Positions 8,863 through 18,343 of a stretch of DNA of 36,529 bases are shown here, one piece after another (positions within the stretch are counted from its first letter, which is position 1; every line of letters begins with the position of its first letter). Position numbers and translations under genes: made by a program. Under the pieces are notes generated by a model. It searched no databases. It was not told the origin of the DNA and saw only the letters and a list, made by a program, of their open reading frames with translations. Source of the DNA: Candidatus Latescibacterota bacterium (GTDB lineage: Bacteria; Latescibacterota; UBA2968; UBA8231); NCBI GenBank assembly GCA_965205655.1, contig CBDBIJ010000126.1:1-36529 (forward strand), read 5' to 3'.

Positions 8863-9612
8863 TCAATTGCCCTGCCTCAAGCCCACTAACTCCGACAGCC
8901 GAGAAGGATGCCAGGTCAGTACCATATCCGCTCCAGCCTTGCAGGCCTCGTGAGCTCCGTTCACATCCAGGGCAACTTCGACTCCGCACACGAACATCCG
9001 CTTCCTTCCCCGATTGACCTGGAGCACATCCTCGTCCGTCGGCACGAATCGTGCATACACCCATGTTGAATAAACGTCGTTGAGTGCTGCATCAATGTCT
9101 TTTGGACTCTCGGCCACAACCGCGCACTGAAACCTGCTCGAGGCCTCATGAAATTGGCTGCGCACATCGGCCGATCTGACACCTGCGCCGATGCAGATCA
9201 CATCCTCGATCAACTCATGATTGTCAAGACAGTCCTTGATCATCCTTATGATGCCGGAAGACAGGCGCTTGACGTCGAGAGCGACAGAAGGTGACACGGC
9301 CCGATGGCTTTTCACCAGGTCCAACACTTCATCGAACGTGGGCACGCGTTGACTCGCGAATTGGTGCCCGAACCAGCTTCCCGCATCGAGTGCCTTCAAT
9401 TCGGCCAGAGTCAACTGAGCGATCTCACCTGTCCCGTCCGTGGTGCGGTCGACGGTTTGATCGTGCACTATTACCAGTCGCCCGTCCACGGTCCTCTGGA
9501 TGTCGAACTCGATGGCCATCCCTTGCTCGAGTGCACCTTCAAAAGCTGCAAGTGTGTTCTCAGGCGCGCTGTCCACCAGCCCTAGATGGGCACAGATAAT
9601 TACCTTCCTCAT
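8863..9612 (-). CDS. Glycerophosphodiester phosphodiesterase family protein (cut off from its RBS by an IS)
   Basis: AHLG (canonical AHRG), PENTLAAF, IEFDIQRTVDG, VHDQTVDRTTDG, LDAGSWF, VPTFDEVL. Confidence 0.9.
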   Translation of the reverse strand: MRKVIICAHLGLVDSAPENTLAAFEGALEQGMAIEFDIQRTVDGRLVIVHDQTVDRTTDGTGEIAQLTLAELKALDAGSWFGHQFASQRVPTFDEVLDLVKSHRAVSPSVALDVKRLSSGIIRMIKDCLDNHELIEDVICIGAGVRSADVRSQFHEASSRFQCAVVAESPKDIDAALNDVYSTWVYARFVPTDEDVLQVNRGRKRMFVCGVEVALDVNGAHEACKAGADMVLTWHPSRLSELVGLRQGN

Positions 9613-9651
9613 GTAAAGCCCTGGGTTTCTGGACACTGATTTGGCGGATGG

Positions 9652-10560
9652 TCAGGCCGCCTTGGACAACTCCTGCTGGAAGCTCCGGCGCACCTGGTTT
9701 GGCGTCTGATAGTTGTGTCGCTCGAGGAGCCACTTCTCGTTGTAGACTCTCTTGAATTCGAGCAGGGCAAGACGGAGCTCTTCGACCGTGGCAAAGTATC
9801 GGACCCACAGGAGATTCTCCTTGAGGGTGCGGATGAATCGCTCGGAGCAGCCATTGCCCTCCGGGGCACGCACGAAGCTGGGCGACGACTCGATGCCCAG
9901 GAAGTCGATCTGTTTCTGGAAGTGGTCGGACATGTACGCAGAGCCATGATCGTGGCGCAGCTGCAGCCCCCCGGCGATACCCTTGTCGCCGCCGCCGAAG
10001 TGTTCGCGGACTCCCTGGTGGATCGGCTCCAGGGCCTCGAAACGGTCGCCTGTGGCCGCTGCATGAATGCCGATGCACTCCGAGCTGCAGTGGTCGACAG
10101 CCACGAAGACCGTAGCTGTGCCTTCGCCGGTGGTCACGGTGGTGGTCAAGTCGGTTCCCCACATCTGGTCTGGTCGCTCGGTGGTGATCGTCCCGTCGTG
10201 TGCTTGCGGGCCCCTTGGCTGGCCGGCGCGTTGCGGCACCTGCAGGCCGTGCTCGCGCATCACACGGCGTACGCGTTCCTTCGAGGTGCGGATGTCCTGC
10301 GCCCGCAGCTGGGCCCACATCTTGCGGTAGCCTTCCCCGTGAAAGGGGGACGCCTTCAGCAACTCGCGAATCTTCTCAGCTAGCTCATCGTCGGTACACG
10401 GCCCTTGGGGACCTCGTTTCTTCCGCTCAAGACGCTCCTCCGGACGCAGAGCCGCCCGACGCCGATGCTCGTGGACGGTGGAGCGAGGAAACTGCCAGAC
10501 CCGACACACACGCTGCAGCCTGTACGGCCGCTTCCTGGAGGGCGACTGGGTCTGGCTCAT
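9652..10560 (-). CDS. IS3 family transposase OrfB (DDE)
   Basis: GEGYRKMWA, WGTDLT, RHDHGSAY, PEGNGCSERFIRTLKE. ATGA overlap with the orfA stop at 10557-10560. Confidence 0.92.
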   Translation of the reverse strand: MSQTQSPSRKRPYRLQRVCRVWQFPRSTVHEHRRRAALRPEERLERKKRGPQGPCTDDELAEKIRELLKASPFHGEGYRKMWAQLRAQDIRTSKERVRRVMREHGLQVPQRAGQPRGPQAHDGTITTERPDQMWGTDLTTTVTTGEGTATVFVAVDHCSSECIGIHAAATGDRFEALEPIHQGVREHFGGGDKGIAGGLQLRHDHGSAYMSDHFQKQIDFLGIESSPSFVRAPEGNGCSERFIRTLKENLLWVRYFATVEELRLALLEFKRVYNEKWLLERHNYQTPNQVRRSFQQELSKAA

Positions 10561-10886
10561 CGCTTCGACCTCCGGGATGCCAAAGGGAGTCCATCCTCCA
10601 GGCGATGGATCTTGGACTCCAGCAACTCGTTGTCCATCGTCAGATCCCCCACCTTCGCTTTCAGGCGGGCGATCTGTTCATCCCGCTCATCACGGGTACG
10701 GCTGTGCAGAGCTGACTCACCCCCACCCAGGAACTGCTCGCGCCACTCACTCAGCGTGGCTGCCATCACACCCAACCCCCGGGACAGGACCTCCAGGTCC
10801 TCCCCACGCAGCAGGCGCAACACCGCCTCCTGCTTTCGACGAGCGGAGAATCGGCCGACCCGAACACCCTTCTTCTGCTTAGTCAT
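10557..10886 (-). CDS. IS3 family OrfA (HTH plus coiled coil)
   Basis: GRFSARRKQEAVLRLLRGE, LKAKVGDLTMDNELL. AAGGAG precedes ATG 10886. Confidence 0.88.
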   Translation of the reverse strand: MTKQKKGVRVGRFSARRKQEAVLRLLRGEDLEVLSRGLGVMAATLSEWREQFLGGGESALHSRTRDERDEQIARLKAKVGDLTMDNELLESKIHRLEDGLPLASRRSKR

Positions 10887-11119
10887 CTCGAACACTCCTT
10901 TCAGGTCCATGTGGACCCTCTAATGTGTCCAAGAAAACCCTGGGGCGCTGGACTCATGCATCCCCTGCTACCGCTAATGACAGACCGTCAGCGCCATCAA
11001 ATCCTCTCCTCGACAGGGCCAGCTCTTCGACCCATACTACCGATCGACATAGCCCATATCCTACCCGTTTGGCAATGTGCCCGCAATACGGACACGTCCG
11101 CCTGAATCTGGAGGCCATT

Positions 11120-11794
11120 GTGAAAAAGACGTTCGCGTTTCTCACAGCGTTTCTCCTCGCGTGTTCGCTCTTCCCCGTAGCAGAGTCAGCGGCCCTGGGC
11201 GCTGGCGGAGACATGCTGAACGAGGTCCCTATCTGGCCGGTTCCCGCAGAAATGACGCTCGAGGAATACACCGACGCCAACCGCAGACTGAGTGTCGGCA
11301 GGGTTCTGATGTCCGTGCCGTACCCCGGGGCGTTGCATTTCTACGCCGGAGACAGCAGAGAAGGATGGAAGCATGTCGGCGCAGCAGCTCTAGGGGTCGC
11401 GTCCATTGTAGCCGGTGCAGTCATGATTGACGAGAAGGATAATGCCTGGGAGAAAACGGACTTCGAAATCGTCGATGTAACGGGCGAGAGCGGCAAGGTG
11501 GAGCGTTATGAGAAAATACCTATCGAGGAGGAAGGAGGAGTGTTCAAATACCGGCTGAAGATGCTCGATCGCAAGACCAAGGGTGGCGGTGGAATCGCCT
11601 TCATTGCTCTGGGAGCGAGTTTGATAGTAGGCCAGGTACTCCACGACTGGATCGACGGCATCAAAACGATCGAGAGAAAGAGGGACGCCGTGAGGTACAA
11701 GTATGGCAAATCAGCAGGTTACAAGCTCAGTCTCGGTCCCAGTGCAGATATAGAGCGCGGACGCGTCGGTGCGCAGCTTTCGTTGCAGTTTTGA
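11120..11794 (+). CDS. Hypothetical exported membrane protein
   Basis: GGAGG RBS before GTG 11120. Signal peptide (KKTFAFLTAFLLACSLFPVAESA), PGALHFYAG motif, two Gly/Ala-rich hydrophobic segments, C-terminal GAQLSLQF. Confidence 0.75.
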   Translation: MKKTFAFLTAFLLACSLFPVAESAALGAGGDMLNEVPIWPVPAEMTLEEYTDANRRLSVGRVLMSVPYPGALHFYAGDSREGWKHVGAAALGVASIVAGAVMIDEKDNAWEKTDFEIVDVTGESGKVERYEKIPIEEEGGVFKYRLKMLDRKTKGGGGIAFIALGASLIVGQVLHDWIDGIKTIERKRDAVRYKYGKSAGYKLSLGPSADIERGRVGAQLSLQF

Positions 11795-11874
11795 TATGAG
11801 CGAGCCATCCGACTGGGCGTTGCCAGCGCGTTATCTATTAAGTGAATACTCTGAAGATGATAAGACCACGTTGG

Positions 11875-11897
11875 AGGGTCTGATTGCTTCGGACCCT
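11875..11897. terminator. Stem-loop downstream of the hypothetical gene
   Basis: AGGGTCTGA / TCGGACCCT stem with 5-nt loop. No strong U tract on +. Confidence 0.35.
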
Positions 11898-11945
11898 GAA
11901 AAGCGGCGCCTCTAGAGTGTCCAGTTTCGGAATGGTGTTGACACT

Positions 11946-12953
11946 TCAGTCTCCCTGTTTGAGGATGCCGTCAGTGGCTCCCCAGAAGATGTCAGATGGT
12001 ATCCGGCCTCGTGTTCGGTACCCCTGATGCGGCCGTTCGTCGTTATAGAAAGCCAGGTACCGTTTCAGACATCTGTCGAGCTGCGGACGAGCAGTGAAGT
12101 ATCTCCTGCGAAAGGCCACACGCCAGTGCTCGTGAAGGATCGTGCCCTGCAGGCGTTCGACGAAGCCGTTGGTCCATGCGTGACGGGGTTTCGTACGTGT
12201 GTGACGGATACCCAGGCTCTGACAGGCTTCATCGAACTCTCCTTTGAACTCGCTTCCCCGGTCGGTCAGGACTCGCCGAAGCGACCATCCAGCGGCTTCG
12301 TAGAGCGGCAGGAGGATTTCCACCAGGAAACGGACGGCGTGCTCAGCGGTGTTGGCCGGAATGATGCGTGCAGCCGCGTACGAGCAGGCCGCATCGCAGG
12401 CCGTGATCTGCCAAACCTTCCCCACTCCTTTGAGTCGGCCGATGTAGAAGGTGTCCAGACAGACGAGCTCACCCGGCTTGTTGGCCTCCACATGCCGCCT
12501 CTGGCGACGGGCGCGCTGCAGTTCCCGTCGCGTGCGCTCCGTGAGCAGACCTGCTCGCTGGGCACTGTGTCGTTCCAGGACGACGAGTCGCTGCTGCCGA
12601 GTTCCCAGATCCATGCGTCGCAGCGCTCGATAGATCGTGCTGGGCGACAAGGATCGGTGCTGTCGAGCCAGCTGCAGCGAATAGAAGCGGGGTCCGCAGG
12701 TGGGATGAGACAGTGCCATCGCCAGAATCGCCTGCTCGTCCTGGACCGACAGGCTGTGGGGACGTCCTCTGCGCGTCGTCCGACGTCGAGGGTGAAGCCC
12801 ATCCCGACCGTAGCGCTCATATCGATTTTTCCAGCGGTAGAACAGGGAGCGGGAAATCCCCAGCTCCCGGCAGGCTGCCGAGACATTACCGAGCTCTCCA
12901 GCTCGCTGTAGCGCCAGGAAACGTGTCGCATGTACTTTGTCCTCGAGGGTCAT
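11946..12953 (-). CDS. IS481 family transposase
   Basis: GNVSAACRELGISRSLFYRW HTH, CLDTFYIG, LTDRGSEF, TNGFVER, YNDERPHQG. Confidence 0.95.
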   Translation of the reverse strand: MTLEDKVHATRFLALQRAGELGNVSAACRELGISRSLFYRWKNRYERYGRDGLHPRRRTTRRGRPHSLSVQDEQAILAMALSHPTCGPRFYSLQLARQHRSLSPSTIYRALRRMDLGTRQQRLVVLERHSAQRAGLLTERTRRELQRARRQRRHVEANKPGELVCLDTFYIGRLKGVGKVWQITACDAACSYAAARIIPANTAEHAVRFLVEILLPLYEAAGWSLRRVLTDRGSEFKGEFDEACQSLGIRHTRTKPRHAWTNGFVERLQGTILHEHWRVAFRRRYFTARPQLDRCLKRYLAFYNDERPHQGYRTRGRIPSDIFWGATDGILKQGD

Positions 12954-13025
12954 CGGGACACCTTCCCTGAGAGATGTTGTTTGGCGATAACTCTCCCAGA
13001 AAGGTACCCCTGGTGGCCTTCACTT

Positions 13026-13056
13026 GTTATACCACCCCAAACTCCAAAACTGTCAA
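13026..13056 (-). promoter_or_regulatory. Putative sigma70 promoter of the IS481 transposase
   Basis: TTGACA inside the left IR, 19-nt spacer, extended -10 TGgTATAAC. Confidence 0.5.
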
Positions 13057-13119
13057 CAGTATTACGACATCGCTCACTCTAGATTTCGGCCCTATCCCCC
13101 CGAAAGTCTGACTTGAATC

Positions 13120-13965
13120 ATGAAACTCTGCTGTACCTCGGTCATGCTGCCGCGCTGGAGTCTCGACGAAACGTTCGACAAGCTCGCGGAGTACGGATAC
13201 GAGGGCGTCGAGCTGCGTTGCCGGCCACATGACGAGAGCGCCGAGATCGGATTTTGGGGGAGGCACCTGTCGGACGTGAGTCCGGACAACGTCGTCGACA
13301 AGGCGGAAACCATTCGCGCCTGCGCCAGACAGAGCGGGGTGCGGGTAGCGGTGCTGGCGCCGCAATGCCGTCTCGGTGACGAGGAGCATATCCAGAAGCT
13401 GTTTAGAGGAGCCGTCGCCATCGATCCGGATGACCCGCCGATGGTGCGCATACAGGGGGAGCAGCACGACCGCACCCAACCCTACGCACCACAGTTCGAC
13501 AGGGTGCGCTCCGGCTTCGAAGCACTCGTGGATGTGGCGCGCCCGTACGGCATCAAGATCCTCTACGAGATCCATGTCGGCACCGTAGCGGTGTCGGCGT
13601 CGCGTACTCTCGAGCTGCTACGCGACCTCGACAGCGATCACATAGGCGCGATATACGATGTGCCGAACATGGTGCGGGTGGGGCTGGAGGAGACGCGATT
13701 GGGCGTGGAGCTGCTCGGACCCTACCTGGCGCACTGTCACATTGGCAATTCCCGGCCGGTGGAGGAGGGCCCTGACGAGACCGGAGCCATGACGTGGAAG
13801 TGGGAGTTCTGCACCCTGACGGAAGGCGTGGCGAACATTGCCCAGATCGTCGAGGACCTGCAAACCGTCAGCTACGAAGGATATCTCTCGCTGGAGGACT
13901 TCGGGCCAGGGCAGGATGATGAGAAGGTGCAACGCCAGGGAGCCTATCTGAAACAGATCTTGTAG
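13120..13965 (+). CDS. Sugar phosphate isomerase/epimerase (AP_endonuc_2 TIM barrel)
   Basis: GYEGVELR, YEIH, YDVPN, HCHIGN, GYLSLED: the E/D/H/E metal ligands are present. Confidence 0.9.
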   Translation: MKLCCTSVMLPRWSLDETFDKLAEYGYEGVELRCRPHDESAEIGFWGRHLSDVSPDNVVDKAETIRACARQSGVRVAVLAPQCRLGDEEHIQKLFRGAVAIDPDDPPMVRIQGEQHDRTQPYAPQFDRVRSGFEALVDVARPYGIKILYEIHVGTVAVSASRTLELLRDLDSDHIGAIYDVPNMVRVGLEETRLGVELLGPYLAHCHIGNSRPVEEGPDETGAMTWKWEFCTLTEGVANIAQIVEDLQTVSYEGYLSLEDFGPGQDDEKVQRQGAYLKQIL

Positions 13966-14004
13966 TGCAGCGACTTCTGGCACTGGGCGCCAGGACGCCG
14001 TAGA

Positions 14005-15972
14005 TCAGAGAGCCACGTTCCAGGCGCCAGCAGCTCCCTCAACGCTAAGCTCTTCGGTACTCACCTTCACCTGCACATCGTCTGACGGGGTCTTGTGTTG
14101 CCACCACATCTCCCCACCGGAGGTGACGGTCGCCCAATCGCAGGGCTCGGAGCCCTCGGGTTCGACCGCGAATAGAGAGAGTAGGCATGCGCTGGTAGCA
14201 TGCACGACGGAGTCGAGGTACGGTTCGCGGCGTTGAGGCAGCAGATTGCCCATTCGATCCCGGTCCAACGGCGGCAGATATTCGTGGCGACCCAGCAAGA
14301 AGTGCGGAGCCGGCCCTCTCACTGTTGCGATCTTGCCTCTCAGAATCACCCCATCCGAGTCCACCGAAAAACACCCATCGGAGCTCAAGTTGGGTGCGGC
14401 CATCGCATGCCACCTCAACCGTATCTCCTCAGTGCCGTCCAGTTCAACCTGGTCGACGACGACCACGTAGCCGGGAAAAAGGTGAACGACAAGGCGCTCC
14501 ACCCTTTTGGCTCCGTCATGCAACTCGGTGAGGACGACCTTCCACCAGCCACCTCGCTCGTTGTCGAATTCGCTGTCGACGAGGTGGGAGCGACGCTCTC
14601 CCGACCGTTCCCAGTAGAGCCCTCGTCCACCGATGGTCACGACGTTGTGCCCATCGGTGCCGAACTGGTAGTAGGGACGGCGGTCATCGCCGGGTGGATA
14701 GTAGACTTTTCCCAGATCGATGATCAGCCGCTCGCCGCGGCCATGAATCTCAACCTGGCTCGCATCCGGATGGGAATGGATGACACCTCCGTGTCCTCCC
14801 TTGCCGAAAACTACGCACGAGGTACTGTGGGGATCCCAACTGGTTCGACTGCTCACCAATGCAGAGTGGTCCCGATAGGCGCGCCCCAGCGGCAAACTCC
14901 CGTGAGTCGGCGCTTCGGCCTCCAGGCCGCTATCAAACCAGACCAGCTCCCAAACCGGAAAGCGCGCTGGTTGGCCGTAGGCGAGATAGTACCATTGAAG
15001 TATGGGATCGCGGGTGGCTGCGGCGACAGCCGGGAAGAAAGCGGTGAGGGCGGGATGATCGGGACCTCCGTCGCCGAAGGAAACGACATGTCCAGGCGGA
15101 GCACTGGCATAGAGGCACCAGTAGCAGTGACGGTGAAGGATGTCGAGCTCCGGGGTGGAGCTCTCGCCTTCTCGATGACAGCGCAATGCCGAGTAGAACA
15201 GTGTGGGATACAGCGAGGCGTCGGCGTAGGACGGATTCTCATTGAACTCTCCATCCTCTCCGTAGAGCTGCAAATACGTGCGCATGATCGCTTCCGCGCC
15301 TTCCACCAGCTCTTCCGATTCCGAATGGTCCGTACTCAATCCCATGCCGCAGATCCCCAGACCACCGACGATGCAGGTCGTCCAATTGCTCAGGCGTTCC
15401 ATCCAGGGAGGATTTCTCGAAATGGATCGCAAAAAGGGCTGTATCCCGCGGCGGTCGATGCCCTCCAACATCCGCTGCCGTTCGCCTGGTTTCAGCTGTG
15501 GGTACAGCCAGTCGTAGGCCACACCCAGGTCCCGGCACAACTGCCCGGTGCGCAGGTCGGCGTCGAACCCGAGATCGCGTCGATGGAAGAGGTCTTGCCA
15601 TTCGGGCCAGGCTTTCGGGTCGAAGAGGCAATCGATCTGGATCAGCGCCGCCTCGGCAAACTTCCGGTCGTCTGTCAGCAGGCCGGCGAGGGCGCACTTG
15701 AGCACACGCTGACCCGCGGCATCTACGATGATGTATTCGGGGTTTCCCTGCTCGATATCAGCCGGAGTACGACCCGCCAGTGAAGTAAAGACGGTCAGTG
15801 GATCCGCGTCGATCGCCGCTGAGGCGTCTGCGTGAATTTGACTCCACAATTGACGCGGCACCCCGTCTACCTCGACGGACTGCTTGAGATCGCTCAGAGA
15901 GCGGGTGGATTCAGCAGCCTCTGGAGATATGAGCAGGTGGGGTCGGGAGGAAGGCGACTTTCGAGTATTCAT
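14005..15972 (-). CDS. Heparinase II/III-like protein (polysaccharide lyase fold), no signal peptide
   Basis: LGVAYDWLY, NWTTC, DGEFNENPSY, SFGDG, HSHPDAS, HNVVTIGG motifs. Confidence 0.85.
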   Translation of the reverse strand: MNTRKSPSSRPHLLISPEAAESTRSLSDLKQSVEVDGVPRQLWSQIHADASAAIDADPLTVFTSLAGRTPADIEQGNPEYIIVDAAGQRVLKCALAGLLTDDRKFAEAALIQIDCLFDPKAWPEWQDLFHRRDLGFDADLRTGQLCRDLGVAYDWLYPQLKPGERQRMLEGIDRRGIQPFLRSISRNPPWMERLSNWTTCIVGGLGICGMGLSTDHSESEELVEGAEAIMRTYLQLYGEDGEFNENPSYADASLYPTLFYSALRCHREGESSTPELDILHRHCYWCLYASAPPGHVVSFGDGGPDHPALTAFFPAVAAATRDPILQWYYLAYGQPARFPVWELVWFDSGLEAEAPTHGSLPLGRAYRDHSALVSSRTSWDPHSTSCVVFGKGGHGGVIHSHPDASQVEIHGRGERLIIDLGKVYYPPGDDRRPYYQFGTDGHNVVTIGGRGLYWERSGERRSHLVDSEFDNERGGWWKVVLTELHDGAKRVERLVVHLFPGYVVVVDQVELDGTEEIRLRWHAMAAPNLSSDGCFSVDSDGVILRGKIATVRGPAPHFLLGRHEYLPPLDRDRMGNLLPQRREPYLDSVVHATSACLLSLFAVEPEGSEPCDWATVTSGGEMWWQHKTPSDDVQVKVSTEELSVEGAAGAWNVAL

Positions 15973-16216
15973 CGATCAGTTGCCGGTCATGGAAGGCCAC
16001 CTCAGCGTAGCTCTCTATAAACGGGCGCTCGCCAGCTTCGTGCCGCCGCTCTATACTATGGATCTCTCAGCGGCACCTTTGGCGCGATTACCCGCGAACA
16101 TACGCAATTGCAGCATGCCATGACTGAACTACGCATCGCCCTGTTCGCGGACACGGTGAAGCGGGAGGAATATGCCCCTTCGCTGAAAACTACAAACCGA
16201 AAGAGAGGATAAGCTC

Positions 16217-17217
16217 ATGGCAGACAAAGTTCGAGTGGGATTCATCGGGGCGGGCAATCTAGCCAACAGCATACACTATCCTTGCCTGGCCAGCTTGCCC
16301 GATGTGGAACTGGTGGCTAATTGCGACCTGGTGGTCGACAAAGCCAGGGAAACCGCCGAGCGATTCGGCATTCCGCAGACCTTTACCGACTACGAGGAGA
16401 TGCTCGCCGAGGTCGATCCGCAGGTCGTGTATGTCATCATGCCGCCGCAGCATCTCTATGCGCCCGCTGCTGCAGTGCTCCAGCAGGGTCGACACCTGTT
16501 TGTGGAAAAACCGCTGGCGATGACGACCAAGCAAGCCCAGATGCTCGCCTATTTTGCGGAGGAGCATTCCTGCCTCACGGCGGTGGGATTTCAGCGCCGG
16601 CACATTCCGGCGATGACGGCGCTCAAGCAGAGGGTCGAGGAGCGGGGACCGATCCATCAGGCCACGGTCAGCTTCCTCAAGGGCGGCCGCAACCGACCGC
16701 TGGACGAACCCGCCGCTGTCTACGGGGGCGTGATTGATTGCCTGACGGTGGATGGGATCCACGCCGTCGACAATCTGCGATTTCTGTGCGGCGGCGAGGT
16801 CGAGGAAGTGTCTGCCCGCGTCCGTACCCGCTACATGCCTGGACCTTTGCCCAACGAGTTTTCGCCTGGTGTCGTTCAGTTCAGGAGCCGTCGGCATCCT
16901 GAGCTTCAGCTACGTGAGCTGCGTCGGCGTTTTTCGGTCGGAGTTCAACGGCAGGAACGTCTCCGCCTACGTGAACGCTGCCGGCGAGTGCTATATCAAG
17001 ACGGGCGATGGAGAGCAGGAGGTGTTCGACGCGAAGGACTTTGGGACGACGGAAGGAGTTTCGGAGTGATGACAATTCGGTGAATTGGATGGGGTTCTGG
17101 CACGAGGATCGGCACTTCATCGATTGTATCAAGGAAGGCCGGCAGCCGCAGACGCACTTTGCCGATGCGGTCAAAACTATGGAACTTGCCGAGCACATTC
17201 ACCGTGTGGGCACGTAG
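16217..17217 (+). pseudogene. Gfo/Idh/MocA oxidoreductase with two frameshifts
   Basis: VGFIGAG, FVEKPLA, VGFQRR, DGIHAVD. The C-terminus continues in two further frames (FSSGAVGILSF; GFWHEDRHFIDCI), with shifts near T4 16859-16862 and G3 17043-17045. Confidence 0.85.
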
Positions 17218-17253
17218 CCGGTCCCCGGGGCCTTTCTCCCGAAACTGGACATG

Positions 17254-18343
17254 CTAGTGTTCCGTCGCAGAAATACATTGACATATTCGTTTGACCTTGG
17301 CAAGGATCGAGTCGGCCGTGGCCGTCCACACAAAGGGATGGGCGTTGGCGTTCCATTTGTCGGTGTAGCGCTCGATCCTCTGAATGAGCTCTTTGACCTT
17401 GCGGAATGAGCCACGCCGGATGGCTCGCCGCGTGATGATGTTGAACCAGATCTCGACCTGGTTGAGCCACGAGGCGTAGGTCGGAGTAAAGTGGAGGTGG
17501 AATCGGGGCCGGCTGGCCAACCACTTCTTGACGCTGGCGTACTTGTGGGTGCCGTAGTTGTCGACGATCAAGTGAACGTCCAGATCCGCAGGCACGTTCG
17601 CGTCGATATGGCGTAGGAACTGCAAAAACTCCTGATGGCGATGACGAGGCTTGCACTGAGTCAGGACTTCACCGGTGGCCACATCCAGAGCGGCAAACAG
17701 CGTTGTGGTGCCGTGTCGCTTGTAGTCGTGGGTGACGCCCTCCGCGTAGCCCAGGCCCAGCGGCAGCAACGGCTGACTGCGCTCCAGAGCCTGCACTTGG
17801 CTCTTCTCGTCAACGCACAGGACGACGGCATGGTCGGGCGGGTTGAGATACAAGCCCACAACATCGCGCACCTTATCCACGAAGAAAGGATCAGTGGACA
17901 GCTTGAAATTCTGGGTCCGGTGCGGCTGTAACGCCGAATGTGCGCCAGATGCGATGGACCGCGTCCTTGGTCAGGCCGGTCTCCTCGCCCATGGAGCGCA
18001 CCGTCCACTGGGTTTTGTCCTCCGGCTTGGTCTTCAGTGTCTTGTATACCACCTCGGCCACTTGTTCGTCCGAGATCGATCGGGGCGCACCGGGTCGCAG
18101 CTCGTCGTACAACCCGTTGAGGCCGTTTTCCACGAAGCGACGACGCCACTTGCCGACGGTCACTTGTGACAGCCCCACAGCTTCGCCGATGGCCTTGTTG
18201 GGCCATCCCTCGGCGGCCAGCAACACGATCTCGGCGCGTCGCACCAAACCGTGCGGCAGGGATCGAGATTTGGCCATTGATTCCAATTGCTGCCGAGTTT
18301 GCCCCGTCATTTCGAGAGGTGGAAGAAAGCGTCCGCGTGGCAT
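17254..18343 (-). pseudogene. IS630 family transposase with +1 frameshift near 17932
   Basis: HTH N-part (RPGAPR) and DDE part ([33 protein letters not shown]). Removing 1 nt restores TFGLQPHR and a 362-aa ORF. No slippery A-run at the break. Confidence 0.88.

Larger units (their letters stand above)
9612..10952 (-). mobile_element. IS3 family element, apparently intact (two coupled ORFs)
   Basis: IRs TGTAAAGCCCTGGGTTTCTGGACAC and TCCAGCGCCCCAGGGTTTTCTTGGACAC (rc). Target duplication CTCA at 9608-9611 and 10953-10956. CTCATG repeats, so ends are ambiguous by about 2 bp. Confidence 0.88.
11917..13077 (-). mobile_element. IS481 family element, apparently intact
   Basis: 30-bp imperfect IRs (21/30, shared TGTTGACA core). 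TCTAGA duplicated at 11911-11916 and 13078-13083, matching the NCTAGN preference of IS481. Confidence 0.92.

Noticed and set aside
10925..11119. N-terminal extension of the hypothetical protein (289-aa call)
   Set aside because: It starts inside the IS3 terminal repeat; the RBS and signal peptide point to GTG 11120.
9612..13077. Composite transposon carrying the hypothetical gene
   Set aside because: The flanking IS3 and IS481 are different families, each with its own target duplication.
17891..17945. Programmed frameshift in IS630
   Set aside because: No slippery run at the break; one extra base in TFGLQPHR explains it.
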